Positions 18,369 to 28,600 of a stretch of DNA of 55,902 nt are shown in pieces. The stretch lies in sequence record SRR20825006_1472; one strand, given 5' to 3'. The position numbers and the translations under genes are program-made. Positions within the stretch are counted from its first letter, which is position 1. Each line of letters begins with the position of its first letter. The notes below the pieces were generated by a model. It saw nothing but the letters and a program-made list of their open reading frames with translations. It was not told the DNA's origin and made no database searches.

Positions 18369-19913
18369 CTAACCTTCAAAAATTTCCGCATAAATCCCCT
18401 CAAATGCAACCACCTCGTCATCGGTTAAAGCTGAGAATTCTTTTTGACGGGCTCGGTTGGAGAATTTGCCTTGGTTCTGGCGAAGGAAATTGAACAGCAG
18501 ATCGATTGTTGAAGCTGACATTTCTGTGTGGGCTTCGATGCGGGATTTGAACTGATCATATTTTGTCAGAAATTCAGCCTCTTGCGGCAAGTCTTGCTCA
18601 ATCGTGCGCTCAACACACTCAAACAGAAATTCTGCATGAGGTGTCGCATCGAAATAGCGATAGAAATCGACCGTTTCATTGGTCACGTCTACATTCATGC
18701 TCGGCGTGGTGCGCCACTCAATCAGCGGTAATATGCGCGCCGAATGGCTTTCCAACACCTGTCGATAATCTTCAATCCGATCCAAAATCGCGGCTGAAAT
18801 GGGAAACACCATGCCTGGGGGGTTGAACCCGCGCGCGCTCAAAATATGATGAATAAGGTAACGGTGCAGCCGTCCATTTCCGTCCTCAAATGGATGAATA
18901 TAGACAAAGCCAAAGGCGAGCATGGCCGCGGCGATTACTGGATCAAGTTCGTCAGAAATTCCCTGATCAAACTGGATGAGGCTGGAAATCAACTCAGGCA
19001 GATCTTTTGGCTTGGCGCTGATATGTTCGGGCAATGGCAGGCGTGTATCAAGCTCATGTTCGCCCACAAAGCCACCCTCTTGCCGCCACCCCAACTGGAT
19101 AAAGCGTGTGTCTTTGCCGATCACCAAACGTTGCAGGCGTAAAAACTCTTCTTCATCCAGCGGGTGGCGTCCTGCCTCGCCAATGGCTTTGCCCCAACGT
19201 TGAATACGGTCATGGGGCGGCGTTTCGCCCTCAATGGCGTAGCTGGATTTAGAATCTTTCAACAACAAGAAGGCCGCTGTGCGCGAGAGAATGGATTGCG
19301 AAATCCTGCCCACGATCGCCCGTGCTTCCTGATCAAATTGTCGTGCAACAAATTGCTCTAACCGCGATGTACGCCGTACCAACGGGCAAAAGTCTGGCGT
19401 GCCGGGCAGATTATTATGCACCCGATGTCGGGTGGAGGTGCTGCCCTTTACCGCCCATTGTAATTTTGGGTCCACCACATGGGCATAGGTGCCGGTTTTT
19501 GCGTTTGGCAGCTCGAGCTGTGTGCCCAATAGCCATTCATATAAAAACCAGATACGGCGCAAATAGGCGCTATTGGGTTTTTGCTGGATTAGTCCTGCAA
19601 GCTCTGCGCCATCGATTGTATCAAACAGTTTTTTGAGCACGCACAAATCCACCCCCTCATATTTGAGGGCAAAGGTGAGATGCCCTTCAAGGGTGGCAGC
19701 CGGAGCATGTCGCGGCGTATAAAGTCGCCAATTTTGCGTTTCGATAATCTGATGCTTTCGACCTATGGCGCAAAGAATAAGCGGCAGCGGCACGGCCAGA
19801 TCATATGCATCGATCAGCGCGGCGTAGCCAACCGGTTGGGCTTGCTCTGGCAAGCGAAGTTCCTGAAAAACGCTTACTGGGCCCGAAAATTGATGATTTT
19901 GCTGCCTCGCCAT
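18369..19913 (-). CDS. Large Fic-family protein (class II, intramolecular inhibitory motif)
   Basis: Canonical HPFEDGNGRLHR and upstream SYAIEG (S/T)xxxE(G/N) motif. Confidence 0.9.
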   Translation of the reverse strand: MARQQNHQFSGPVSVFQELRLPEQAQPVGYAALIDAYDLAVPLPLILCAIGRKHQIIETQNWRLYTPRHAPAATLEGHLTFALKYEGVDLCVLKKLFDTIDGAELAGLIQQKPNSAYLRRIWFLYEWLLGTQLELPNAKTGTYAHVVDPKLQWAVKGSTSTRHRVHNNLPGTPDFCPLVRRTSRLEQFVARQFDQEARAIVGRISQSILSRTAAFLLLKDSKSSYAIEGETPPHDRIQRWGKAIGEAGRHPLDEEEFLRLQRLVIGKDTRFIQLGWRQEGGFVGEHELDTRLPLPEHISAKPKDLPELISSLIQFDQGISDELDPVIAAAMLAFGFVYIHPFEDGNGRLHRYLIHHILSARGFNPPGMVFPISAAILDRIEDYRQVLESHSARILPLIEWRTTPSMNVDVTNETVDFYRYFDATPHAEFLFECVERTIEQDLPQEAEFLTKYDQFKSRIEAHTEMSASTIDLLFNFLRQNQGKFSNRARQKEFSALTDDEVVAFEGIYAEIFEG

Positions 19914-20025
19914 GAAAATCGCTTACATATTGTGAAATTTAATTACTAAATCATAATATCATGAAAAACGCTTACAAAATAGCTAAAGCTGTGATTTTTA
20001 TGCAGAGCACGTGAAAAGGGCTTAC
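19864..20025 (+). repeat. Four 14-bp direct repeats TGAAAANNGCTTAC at 49-50 bp period
   Basis: Copies start at 19864, 19913, 19962 and 20012; a weaker copy starts at 19933. Confidence 0.7.
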
Positions 20026-20079
20026 AAATTCTGTCATTCGCCCTATTCTGCTGCTTTCATTTTTCAGTTTCTTTCCGCC

Positions 20080-21627
20080 ATGTACAAGATTTACCAGCAA
20101 ATTATTGATCAGGTCGCGCAAAAGATCGATGCGCCAAAGCAGGTTCAAGATGAGCAGATCAAAGCTGCTTTGCTGGATGATCTGGTGCATCGTTTGGAAG
20201 ATATTGAAGAAGGGGATGAACCCGCCCTGTTGCTGATGGATCGGCGTGGCTTGGTCAATTCGGCCAATGGCCGGGCGCTACGCATTTTGCCCATTGAAGT
20301 GGGGCAGCATGTGCATCCCAGCGAATTTGAGCCCAACCTGCCCGATGCAGGGCATCAAGATCAAAACGCCCCCACTTTGCTGCGCTTTCACGGATGTGAA
20401 GATCAAAAACTAATCTTTGCGGGTCAATGGCTGGGCAGTGGCCAACGGCTGTTGCTCACCGAAATTCGAGCTGGTCTTTCGCCGCTATTGGCGCAACCGT
20501 TGGAAGATATTTATGGGCTCACCCCCACTGAGCAACATATTTTGAACGATCTGGTGAAGGGCATGGATGCGCAAGCCATTGCCGACCAATCCGAGCGGAA
20601 AACCAGCACGGTGCGGCAGCACATAAAATCCATTCTGAACAAAACCAACGCCCGTTCTCAGGCACAATTGGTGGCGATGGTCGCCTCGGCGGGCACCATG
20701 CTCGACCAAATTGCGCTGCGGCAAGATTTGACTGAAGGCACACCGATTACCCTCAATCACGATCATTTAGATGGCGATTGGGTGCCTTATCGGCGGTTTG
20801 GCCTTGCGGGCGGTTGCCCGGTTTTGTTTTTCCACGGCGCCTTTTTCGGCATTATGCCGCAAGATATTGGCCGCACCGCGGCTCATATTTTGGGGTTAGA
20901 TGTGATCGCGATTGAGCGCCCCGGCTATGGGGCCAATCCCTTGGAAAAAGACATGGACCCTGTGGACCGAGCGATGCGCCAGGCCAAACGCGCTATGGAT
21001 CATGCGGGTTGGAAAAAGGCGGTGATTATGGGGCAAGATATTGGCACCCATTTCGCCTTTGCCTTCGCCCGCACATTCCCGCAGCACAGCATGGCGCTGA
21101 TTTGCGGGGCCACCACCCCGCCCATGGGCGGCATGGACGACACCCAACATATGCCAAAGCTGCACCGGGTGAATGCCTGGGCGGCGCAAAAAATGCCTGC
21201 CTTTATGCACTGGATCGTCAATGTCGGCATTGGCCAAATTCAGAAAAAGGGCGTGGACATCATCCCGCAATTATTATTCGCCGATGCGGAATTTGACCGG
21301 GACCGCTTAAGCCAAGCCAAATATCTTGCGGCGCTTGAAACAAGCTTTGCGTTGGTCACCGCCCAACAAGGTTTGGGCTTCACTGACGATATGCGCCTGA
21401 CCAATTTGGACTGGTGGGATTGGCTGGATGGTATGGATCTGCCCGTGCATTTATTCCACGGACAACAAAGCCAAACCGTTGCGCAATCGGCAGTTGAAAA
21501 AATGGTGCAAAGATTACCACAAGCCCAATTGCATCTGGTTGAAGATGCGGGTCATTCAATGCCGTTCACCCACGCCAATCTGCTTTTGCGACAGGCACTG
21601 CGCGCGGGTATTTTAAGCGGGTTCTGA
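20080..21627 (+). CDS. LuxR-type HTH plus C-terminal alpha/beta-hydrolase fusion regulator
   Basis: PAS-like N-terminus, YGLTPTE..TVRQHIKSILNKT..SQAQLV HTH, FFHG, ERPGYG, GQDIG and AGH hydrolase motifs; start placed at MYKIY. Confidence 0.85.
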   Translation: MYKIYQQIIDQVAQKIDAPKQVQDEQIKAALLDDLVHRLEDIEEGDEPALLLMDRRGLVNSANGRALRILPIEVGQHVHPSEFEPNLPDAGHQDQNAPTLLRFHGCEDQKLIFAGQWLGSGQRLLLTEIRAGLSPLLAQPLEDIYGLTPTEQHILNDLVKGMDAQAIADQSERKTSTVRQHIKSILNKTNARSQAQLVAMVASAGTMLDQIALRQDLTEGTPITLNHDHLDGDWVPYRRFGLAGGCPVLFFHGAFFGIMPQDIGRTAAHILGLDVIAIERPGYGANPLEKDMDPVDRAMRQAKRAMDHAGWKKAVIMGQDIGTHFAFAFARTFPQHSMALICGATTPPMGGMDDTQHMPKLHRVNAWAAQKMPAFMHWIVNVGIGQIQKKGVDIIPQLLFADAEFDRDRLSQAKYLAALETSFALVTAQQGLGFTDDMRLTNLDWWDWLDGMDLPVHLFHGQQSQTVAQSAVEKMVQRLPQAQLHLVEDAGHSMPFTHANLLLRQALRAGILSGF

Positions 21628-21643
21628 CCCCATTTTTTATAAT

Positions 21644-21661
21644 CTATACCAAATGGTAGTG
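21644..21661 (+). promoter_or_regulatory. Putative activator box 1
   Basis: CTATACCAAATGGTAGTG; TAGCGC hexamer 23 nt downstream; precedes the 21709 operon. Confidence 0.65.
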
Positions 21662-21708
21662 TTGGAAAAAATTATTGTCTGCTAGCGCAAGGCAAAAGGA
21701 GAGATTTG

Positions 21709-22692
21709 ATGTGGGATTTTAGTTTTTCAAAGTCGATGGGGTTGATGCGGCAAACCGCACCCTTCTTGCTGTTTCGGATGGCGGTCTACTTCATTGTCGC
21801 CGTTTCTATCGTGCTGATCACCGGTACCGGGGCGGGCATTGGCTATGGCGTCGGCTTTATGGGTGATGCCGATTTTCAAGGCACCACCACTTTTTGGGGC
21901 GGCGGCATCGGCTTAGCGCTCACCTTGGGCATCATCTTCTTCCTGCGCGAATATACGCTCTATATGGTCAAAGCTGGCCATATCGCGGTGATGATCGAAG
22001 CATTGGACGGGCGCGAATTGCCCCAAAATCAGGTGGCCTATGCGCAAACCATTGTGAAAAACCATTTTGGCAAAGCCTCAATTTTGTTTGGCATCGACCA
22101 ATTGGTGAAAGGCGTGATCAATGCCATCACCGGGCTGTTGCAGGGCCTGATGTCTTTGTTGCCTATTCCGGGGTTAGACCGGATTATGGGCGTAGTGCGC
22201 GCTTATCTTAAAGTGGCCGTTGGTCTGCTCGACGAAGTGGTATTGGCGCATATCTTGCGCACAAATGCAGAAAACCCATGGCATGGCGCGCGCGAAGCAT
22301 TGGTGCTTTATGGGCAAAATGCAAAGCCAATGATGATCAACGCTGCATGGGTCACCCTGTTTGTATATCTGCTGTCCTTCCTCGTGTTTCTGGTGATGTT
22401 GGCCCCTGCCGGTTTGGTGGTTTATTTGATGCCGGGCGCATGGTCTGCTGGTGGCATTGTGTTTGCCATTCTGTTCGCGTGGGCAGTTAAGGCCGCCTTG
22501 ATCGAACCATTCGCCATTGCATGTTTGCTGCAAGCCTTTTTCAAAGTCACCGATGGGCAAGTACCGAACCCGGAATGGGAAGAGCGTTTGGAAGGCGCAT
22601 CCAAGAAATTCAAAGAATTGGGCAATAAAGCCGCAGGCTGGGCTGGCATGGGTCCGAAAGACCCGCAACCAGAACCAACCAAGCCCGCCTAG
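21709..22692 (+). CDS. Conserved hypothetical integral membrane protein
   Basis: AAGGAG RBS, several TM segments, first gene of a three-gene operon. Confidence 0.75.
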   Translation: MWDFSFSKSMGLMRQTAPFLLFRMAVYFIVAVSIVLITGTGAGIGYGVGFMGDADFQGTTTFWGGGIGLALTLGIIFFLREYTLYMVKAGHIAVMIEALDGRELPQNQVAYAQTIVKNHFGKASILFGIDQLVKGVINAITGLLQGLMSLLPIPGLDRIMGVVRAYLKVAVGLLDEVVLAHILRTNAENPWHGAREALVLYGQNAKPMMINAAWVTLFVYLLSFLVFLVMLAPAGLVVYLMPGAWSAGGIVFAILFAWAVKAALIEPFAIACLLQAFFKVTDGQVPNPEWEERLEGASKKFKELGNKAAGWAGMGPKDPQPEPTKPA

Positions 22693-22701
22693 GGAGGAAA
22701 A

Positions 22702-24228
22702 ATGAAAAAACTTGCCATGATCACCATTGCCAGCTTGGCAATGGGCGCTACCGCTGTGTCTGCACAAGAGGCGGGCCGCACCATTATTGTGATGGACGGT
22801 TCTGGCTCCATGTGGGGGCAAATTGAGGGCGTACCAAAACTGCAAATTGCACGCGAAGCTGTGGCCGATCTATTACCGCAATTGGATGCAGACCAAGCAA
22901 TAGGCCTCGTCGCCTACGGCCACCGCCGCCGGGGCGATTGCAGCGACATTGAGGTGTTGGTGCAACCTGCCATGGGCCAATCTGAAGCGATTATTGATGC
23001 CGTCAATGAAATGCGGTTCCAAGGTAAAACACCGCTTTCCGCCGCGGTGCGACAAGCCGCTGACGCGCTGCGCTTTACTGAAGAACCAGCAACCGTAGTG
23101 CTGGTGACCGATGGGTTGGAAACCTGCGCAGCGGACCCCTGCGCCCTCGGCATCGAGCTGGAAAAAGCAGGCATTGATTTTACCGCGCACGTAATCGGCT
23201 TTGGATTGAGCCAGGCAGAAGGCGCGCAAGTCGCCTGTTTGGCGCAAAATACGGGTGGTCAATATGTGTCCGCGAAGGACGCCGATGGCCTGACCACCGC
23301 ACTTAATCAAACCGTTGGGCAAACAGCAGAAGTCAAATCAACTGAGCTGGCTGAGCCCGAGCCAATTGATCTGCCTACAGCGAAGCTGATGGTAGATAAG
23401 CAAAGCACGCCGATCACCACAGCCATTGAAGTAAGTTGGGACGGGCCGAACGCTGAAGATGACTTCATCGACATTGTTTCTGCCAAAACGCCTGAACAGG
23501 CAGGCCTCGACTTTATTTATACGGCCAACGGCAGTCCGCAATTGTTCAAAATGCCCGCCACGCCCGGCGACTATATTTTGCGCTATCGTTGGACAGGTCG
23601 CACTGGCTGGGACACAATTGCCACCCTCCCCATCACCGTAACGGAAGCAGAGTTTGTGCTCGACGCGCCGCAATCCGCCGAACAGGGGGAGATGGTCGAG
23701 GTGACATGGAAAGGGCCAAACAATGCGGATGATTATATCGACACCATAGAGCGCGGGGCCACCCGCACCGATGGTGAAGTGACCTATGCTTGGGCACGCG
23801 ATGGCAATCCGGCGCAATTGCAAATGCCTATTACACCGGGCGAATATCATCTGCGCTATATGGTGCAAGGCGAGCAAGATCGCTCTGTTGGCTTAATCGT
23901 GCCTCTCACTGTTTTGCCAACAACTGCAAATTTGGTGGCGCCTGAGCAGGTGAAGCCCGGCGCTGAATTTGAAGTGCAGTTCAACGCGCCCAACACCTCT
24001 GGCGATTGGGTAGATATTGTGACCCCCGGCTATGAAGAATTTAGCGGCGAGATCACATATTTCTATACGGAACACGCCCAAAATGGCGTGGGCCGCCTCA
24101 CCGCCCCGGCAGAAGAAGGCACCTTCGAATTGCGCTATGTGCTTGAAGGACGCGATGGCCGTATCGTGCTTGTGCGCAAGCCACTCATCGTCACCGCAAG
24201 TGCCGAATACACCATAATTTCAGAATAG
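22702..24228 (+). CDS. Secreted vWA-domain protein with three Ig-like repeats
   Basis: Signal peptide, DGSGS MIDAS, GKTPL and VTDG; three repeats of V.W.GPN..D.ID...P..PG.Y.LRY. Confidence 0.85.
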   Translation: MKKLAMITIASLAMGATAVSAQEAGRTIIVMDGSGSMWGQIEGVPKLQIAREAVADLLPQLDADQAIGLVAYGHRRRGDCSDIEVLVQPAMGQSEAIIDAVNEMRFQGKTPLSAAVRQAADALRFTEEPATVVLVTDGLETCAADPCALGIELEKAGIDFTAHVIGFGLSQAEGAQVACLAQNTGGQYVSAKDADGLTTALNQTVGQTAEVKSTELAEPEPIDLPTAKLMVDKQSTPITTAIEVSWDGPNAEDDFIDIVSAKTPEQAGLDFIYTANGSPQLFKMPATPGDYILRYRWTGRTGWDTIATLPITVTEAEFVLDAPQSAEQGEMVEVTWKGPNNADDYIDTIERGATRTDGEVTYAWARDGNPAQLQMPITPGEYHLRYMVQGEQDRSVGLIVPLTVLPTTANLVAPEQVKPGAEFEVQFNAPNTSGDWVDIVTPGYEEFSGEITYFYTEHAQNGVGRLTAPAEEGTFELRYVLEGRDGRIVLVRKPLIVTASAEYTIISE

Positions 24229-24236
24229 GAACCAAG

Positions 24237-24767
24237 ATGATGAATATGAAAATTGCAGCCCTATCCTCGTTCATTCTGCTCACCAGCGCCGCCGCCATAG
24301 ACGCGGCGCCGATTGTGCCGCAAGACGGATTATGGCGCGGCGATGCCACAGGTGGCAGTGTAGAAGATTGCAATCCCATGATGGAAAATATGTTGCAAAA
24401 TAATGGCGCTTTTACCCAAAAGGGCGAAACACGACGCATCGAATGGGGCGGTAAATTTGACCCGAATTCAATGAACATTTTCAATGAAGAAGGCGCCCCC
24501 ATGGCATGGGAAAGCACAGGCGAGAACAGCTATAAGGGCAAGATTTTTGACGGCTCAAGCTGCGCCAATGATGACACCAGCAGCTGCACCCGCGTCGGCG
24601 CAACCGTCACCATGCAATTGATCTCCCCCACCAAAATTGAAGGCACCACCTTGGTGGAGCTGGGGACGTTGATGGGCGACACCGAAGCAATGGCAGCGCT
24701 CAAGCAAATGGGCATGGCCGATTGCAAAGTGAATGTCACCTATGACGTGCAACGCATCGGCGACTAA
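24237..24767 (+). CDS. Hypothetical secreted protein
   Basis: Signal peptide, PQDGLW, four Cys; follows the vWA gene with an AGGA RBS. Confidence 0.7.
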   Translation: MMNMKIAALSSFILLTSAAAIDAAPIVPQDGLWRGDATGGSVEDCNPMMENMLQNNGAFTQKGETRRIEWGGKFDPNSMNIFNEEGAPMAWESTGENSYKGKIFDGSSCANDDTSSCTRVGATVTMQLISPTKIEGTTLVELGTLMGDTEAMAALKQMGMADCKVNVTYDVQRIGD

Positions 24768-24770
24768 AGC

Positions 24771-24795
24771 AAAGGCGGCCCAAGGCCGCCTTTTT
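24771..24795. terminator. Bidirectional rho-independent terminator
   Basis: AAAGGCGGCC-CAA-GGCCGCCTTTTT between convergent genes. Confidence 0.8.
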
Positions 24796-24796
24796 A

Positions 24797-26587
24797 CTAT
24801 ATTGGCTGTGTGGTGCGCTTAAGATAATCAAGCGCATCCGCGCTGACTTGATCTTTCAAAAGCTCAAAACACTTTTGATGATAGGCGTTTAGCCAGTCGC
24901 GCTCGGTCTCGGTCAAACGTTCTGGCAGCACGGCGCTGGTTTCGATGGGCATATAGCTCAGGGTTTCAAAGCCGTAGAAGCCGTCACCTAAGTCAACGAT
25001 CTCAAACAGGTTTTCGATGCGGATGCCGTATTTTCCGGCGACGTAGTAGCCAGGTTCGATGCTCAGCACCATGCCGGGCATCAATTCCACATCGTTGAAG
25101 GCGCGGCCGATGCGTTGGGGTTGTTCGTGGACGGAAAGATTGTGCCCCACCCCATGACCAGTGCCGTGATCATAGTCTTTTTTGATTGACCAGAGCGGCG
25201 CGCGGGCGATGGCGTCGATGTGATGGCCGAATGTTTTTTGCGGAAATTTGAGTGTGGCCAACGCCAAAAATCCACGTAAAACTCCAGTATAATTTTCGCA
25301 AAATTCAGGCGAAGTTTTACTAAAATTATAGGTGCGGGTGCTGTCGGTTGTGCCGTCAGCAAATTGACCGCCGGAATCGTGCAAATAAATCTCATTTGGA
25401 TCGAGCGCACGGTTGGATTGTTTGGTGACTTTATAGTGGCACATGGCGCCATTCGGCCCAGCCCCGGAAATCACATCAAAGCTGAGTTGTTCAAAGCCGG
25501 GCAGTTGCGCACGCAGCTGTTCGATCTTTTGCGTCACCTCCAGTTCGGTGACGGGATCCCCCGCTGCAAAGCGTTCAGCGACATTTGCGTGTAGCCATGC
25601 GCCCAACTCGGTCCAGGCAATGCCATCGCGCTTGTGACAATCGCGCATCCCGCCCAGCTCAGTGGCGTTTTTGATCGCCTTGGTCAGGGTGATGGCGCTG
25701 CGGCCATGTTTGATCTGGCTGCTCTCCCCCGCTGCGAATTGCGCAGCAACTGGGGTGAACAAGGGGTCAAAACCTAAGACTTTGTCGCTGTCCGCATAGT
25801 TCGCAATGGCCGGCAGAAACCGCTCTGGCGCGCAAATTTCAACGCCATCCAGTTCGAAGCCAGTCAAGTCCTGTGGCACCTTTTGCGGATCGACAAACCA
25901 TTGCACGGCTCCCTCCCGATCCAAGGTCAGGAACGAATTGATAAAGGGATTATAGGCAATGTCATTGCCGCGAATGTTCAAGAGCCAGGCAATATTGTCC
26001 GGCTGGTTTTCCACCAGCACATCAATGTCTTGCGCCACCAGATGCGCCGCAATGCGTTGCCGCTTGATGGCAGCATGTTCGCCGCTCATTTCTTCGCCAA
26101 ACGGGCGTGCTTTGTCAGCGACGGGGGCGGGACGATCGGTCCAGAGTTGATCGATAATATTGTCTTCCGTGGCGATCAGATGATTGTGCGACTGGGCTGC
26201 CGCGGCGCTGAGCTCCTTATGCCAGCTGGCGGGGATATGCATGGGGTCAAAGCCAATGCGCAGCCCGCGCTGCTGCGTGGTTTTGAGCCAATCGGCCAAC
26301 GGTTGGTCATGCAAATGTCGATAGGAGAACAAGCCCTCGGGACATTGCTCGCGCACCTGCACCGTGTAGCGCCCATCCACAAACAAGATCGCCTGATCCT
26401 GCGTGATCAGCGCCAACCCTGCGGAGCCGGAAAAGCCCGTGGCCCACATAAGGCGCTTGTCGCAATCGGCAACATATTCCGCCATATGGGCATCAAAGCG
26501 CGGCACGATCAGCGCATCCAAATCTTGGCGTTTCAGTGCGTCGCGAATATCGCTCAGGCGCTTCGCTTGGGGGGAGCTATTCAACAT
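24797..26587 (-). CDS. Aminopeptidase P family (M24B, Xaa-Pro peptidase)
   Basis: TGFSGSAG, DGRY, DSGGQF.DGTTD, HGTGHGVG...VHE, EPGYY and GIRIEN metal-binding motifs. Confidence 0.92.
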   Translation of the reverse strand: MLNSSPQAKRLSDIRDALKRQDLDALIVPRFDAHMAEYVADCDKRLMWATGFSGSAGLALITQDQAILFVDGRYTVQVREQCPEGLFSYRHLHDQPLADWLKTTQQRGLRIGFDPMHIPASWHKELSAAAAQSHNHLIATEDNIIDQLWTDRPAPVADKARPFGEEMSGEHAAIKRQRIAAHLVAQDIDVLVENQPDNIAWLLNIRGNDIAYNPFINSFLTLDREGAVQWFVDPQKVPQDLTGFELDGVEICAPERFLPAIANYADSDKVLGFDPLFTPVAAQFAAGESSQIKHGRSAITLTKAIKNATELGGMRDCHKRDGIAWTELGAWLHANVAERFAAGDPVTELEVTQKIEQLRAQLPGFEQLSFDVISGAGPNGAMCHYKVTKQSNRALDPNEIYLHDSGGQFADGTTDSTRTYNFSKTSPEFCENYTGVLRGFLALATLKFPQKTFGHHIDAIARAPLWSIKKDYDHGTGHGVGHNLSVHEQPQRIGRAFNDVELMPGMVLSIEPGYYVAGKYGIRIENLFEIVDLGDGFYGFETLSYMPIETSAVLPERLTETERDWLNAYHQKCFELLKDQVSADALDYLKRTTQPI

Positions 26588-26597
26588 GGGAAGACTT

Positions 26598-27599
26598 TCA
26601 TTCAATCGGATCACGATGGTGACAGGCCACTTGACCCTTTGCCGGGTCGCCCTTCAATAGCGGCAGTGTGGTTTTGCACACATCTGTTGCAAGGGGGCAG
26701 CGCCCATGAAAGGCGCACCCGGTGGGAATGTTGAGTGGGCTGGGCAATTCGCCTTTGAGGGGAATGGCATTGCCCTTATCGTCTGGGTCGAGCGAAGGGG
26801 CCGCACTCAACAAAGCTTCAGAATAAGGATGGCGCGGCGCAGCAAACAATTCTTTCGCCGGGCCAATCTCCACAACGGACCCGAGATAAATCACCGCCAC
26901 CCGATGCGACACATGCCGCACCAAGCGCAAATCATGCGCCACAAACAAAACGGTCAGCCCAAGTTCGTCCTGCAACCCGAGCAGCAAGTTCACCACTTGC
27001 GCCTGCACCGACACATCGAGGGCGGAAACCAGTTCGTCGGCGATCAGCACTTCCGGCTCAACGCTCAGCGCGCGGGCGATGGCGATACGCTGGCGCTGGC
27101 CACCGGAAAATTCATGCGGAAATTTGTCTGCTGCGTCTTGCGGCAGACGCACCAGTTCCAGCAATTCGGCAATGCGGGCGGGGATGTCACGCTCGGCGCG
27201 CATTTTGTGGACACTCAGCGCCTCGCGCAACATGTCCCCCACCCGCATCCGGGGGTTTAACGAAGAATAGGGATCTTGAAAGATCATCTGCACCCGGCGG
27301 TTATAGTCGCGCTGGGCCTTGCCTTTGGCATTGAGAATGGTCTCGCCATAAAACTCAATCTCGCCCTGCTGTGGCTGATAGAGGCCAGCAAGCACCCGCG
27401 CCAAGGTGGATTTGCCACATCCGCTTTCGCCCACAATGCCGAGGGTCTCGCCTTTTTCCAGCCTTAGCGACACGCCATTGAGCGCCTTCACCTTTTGCTG
27501 CGGTCGCCGCATCACCCAATCTGCAAGAGAGCGATTTTTGGCAAAGTGCAGCACAATATTTTCAGTTTTAAGAACTGGTTTGGATAGCGTTTGGGTCAT
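26598..27599 (-). CDS. Peptide ABC transporter ATP-binding subunit (DppF/OppF-like)
   Basis: GESGCGKST, FSGGQRQR, HPYS, C-terminal GC.FH.RCP. Confidence 0.9.
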   Translation of the reverse strand: MTQTLSKPVLKTENIVLHFAKNRSLADWVMRRPQQKVKALNGVSLRLEKGETLGIVGESGCGKSTLARVLAGLYQPQQGEIEFYGETILNAKGKAQRDYNRRVQMIFQDPYSSLNPRMRVGDMLREALSVHKMRAERDIPARIAELLELVRLPQDAADKFPHEFSGGQRQRIAIARALSVEPEVLIADELVSALDVSVQAQVVNLLLGLQDELGLTVLFVAHDLRLVRHVSHRVAVIYLGSVVEIGPAKELFAAPRHPYSEALLSAAPSLDPDDKGNAIPLKGELPSPLNIPTGCAFHGRCPLATDVCKTTLPLLKGDPAKGQVACHHRDPIE

Positions 27600-28591
27600 G
27601 ATTGCCCCCCTGCCCCATCGGGCGCTTGGGTGGGATTGAAACAGGCGACTTGGTGCTGGGTACCTTCAAGCGGCGGCTTTGTTGTTGCACAGGCGTCCAC
27701 AGCATGGGCGCAGCGCGGGGCAAAGGCGCAGCCTTTTGGCAAGTTCATCAAGCTGGGCGGCGTGCCCGGCAACGAAAAGAGCGGGGTGCGCGGCTCGACA
27801 TTTTCGGGCACCGATTGCAATAGGCCCATGGTGTAACGATGTAGCGGGTTGCGCAGCACATCGCGGGTGCTGCCCTTTTCCACCAGCTTGCCGCCATACA
27901 TTACCGCCAACCGATCACAGGTTTGCGCGGCGACGCCCAGATCATGAGTCACCAAAATTACCGACATACCCAACTCTTGCGACAGGTCCAAAATCAGTTT
28001 CAGAATTTGATTTTGAATGGTCACATCAAGCGCGGTGGTAGGTTCATCCGCCAACAGCAATTTTGGCGAGGAGGCCAAGGCAATGGCGATCATCACCCGC
28101 TGGCGCATCCCGCCAGAAAATTGATGCGGATAATCATTCAAGCGTCGCGAGGCATCAGGTATGCCCACCAGCTCCAACAATTCAATAGCGCGATGGTGCC
28201 GTGCTTTTTTGTCCAGCTCGGTGTGGGCCACCAGATTTTCTTTGATCTGAACGCCCACCGTCAGCAACGGATTGAGCGAAGACATGGGTTCTTGGAAAAT
28301 CATGGCAATGTCTTTGCCGCGGATTTTACGCATTTGCGCTTCAGGCTTAGTGACCAGATTTTCGCCTTGCCACACCACTTCACCAGTCACTTCGCCATAT
28401 CGTCGCGCCAACCCCATGATAGAGCGCAAGGTTATGGATTTGCCCGAGCCACTTTCGCCCACAATGCCCAGCACTTCGCCTGCCGCGAGATCAAAACTTA
28501 CCTCATCAACCGCACGGAGCTTTTGACCGCCCACATGGAAGGACGTGCTAAGATTTTTGACCGATAGAAGGGGTGAATTTGATTGTGTCAT
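27596..28591 (-). CDS. Peptide ABC transporter ATP-binding subunit (DppD/OppD-like)
   Basis: [26 protein letters not shown] and DEPTTALD. Confidence 0.9.
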   Translation of the reverse strand: MTQSNSPLLSVKNLSTSFHVGGQKLRAVDEVSFDLAAGEVLGIVGESGSGKSITLRSIMGLARRYGEVTGEVVWQGENLVTKPEAQMRKIRGKDIAMIFQEPMSSLNPLLTVGVQIKENLVAHTELDKKARHHRAIELLELVGIPDASRRLNDYPHQFSGGMRQRVMIAIALASSPKLLLADEPTTALDVTIQNQILKLILDLSQELGMSVILVTHDLGVAAQTCDRLAVMYGGKLVEKGSTRDVLRNPLHRYTMGLLQSVPENVEPRTPLFSLPGTPPSLMNLPKGCAFAPRCAHAVDACATTKPPLEGTQHQVACFNPTQAPDGAGGQS

Positions 28592-28600
28592 ATCTGTCCC

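Noticed and set aside
19864-20025. CRISPR array interpretation of the repeats with 35-36 nt spacers
   Set aside because: The repeat is only 14 bp and non-palindromic, one copy lies in a coding region, and there are no cas genes in the window
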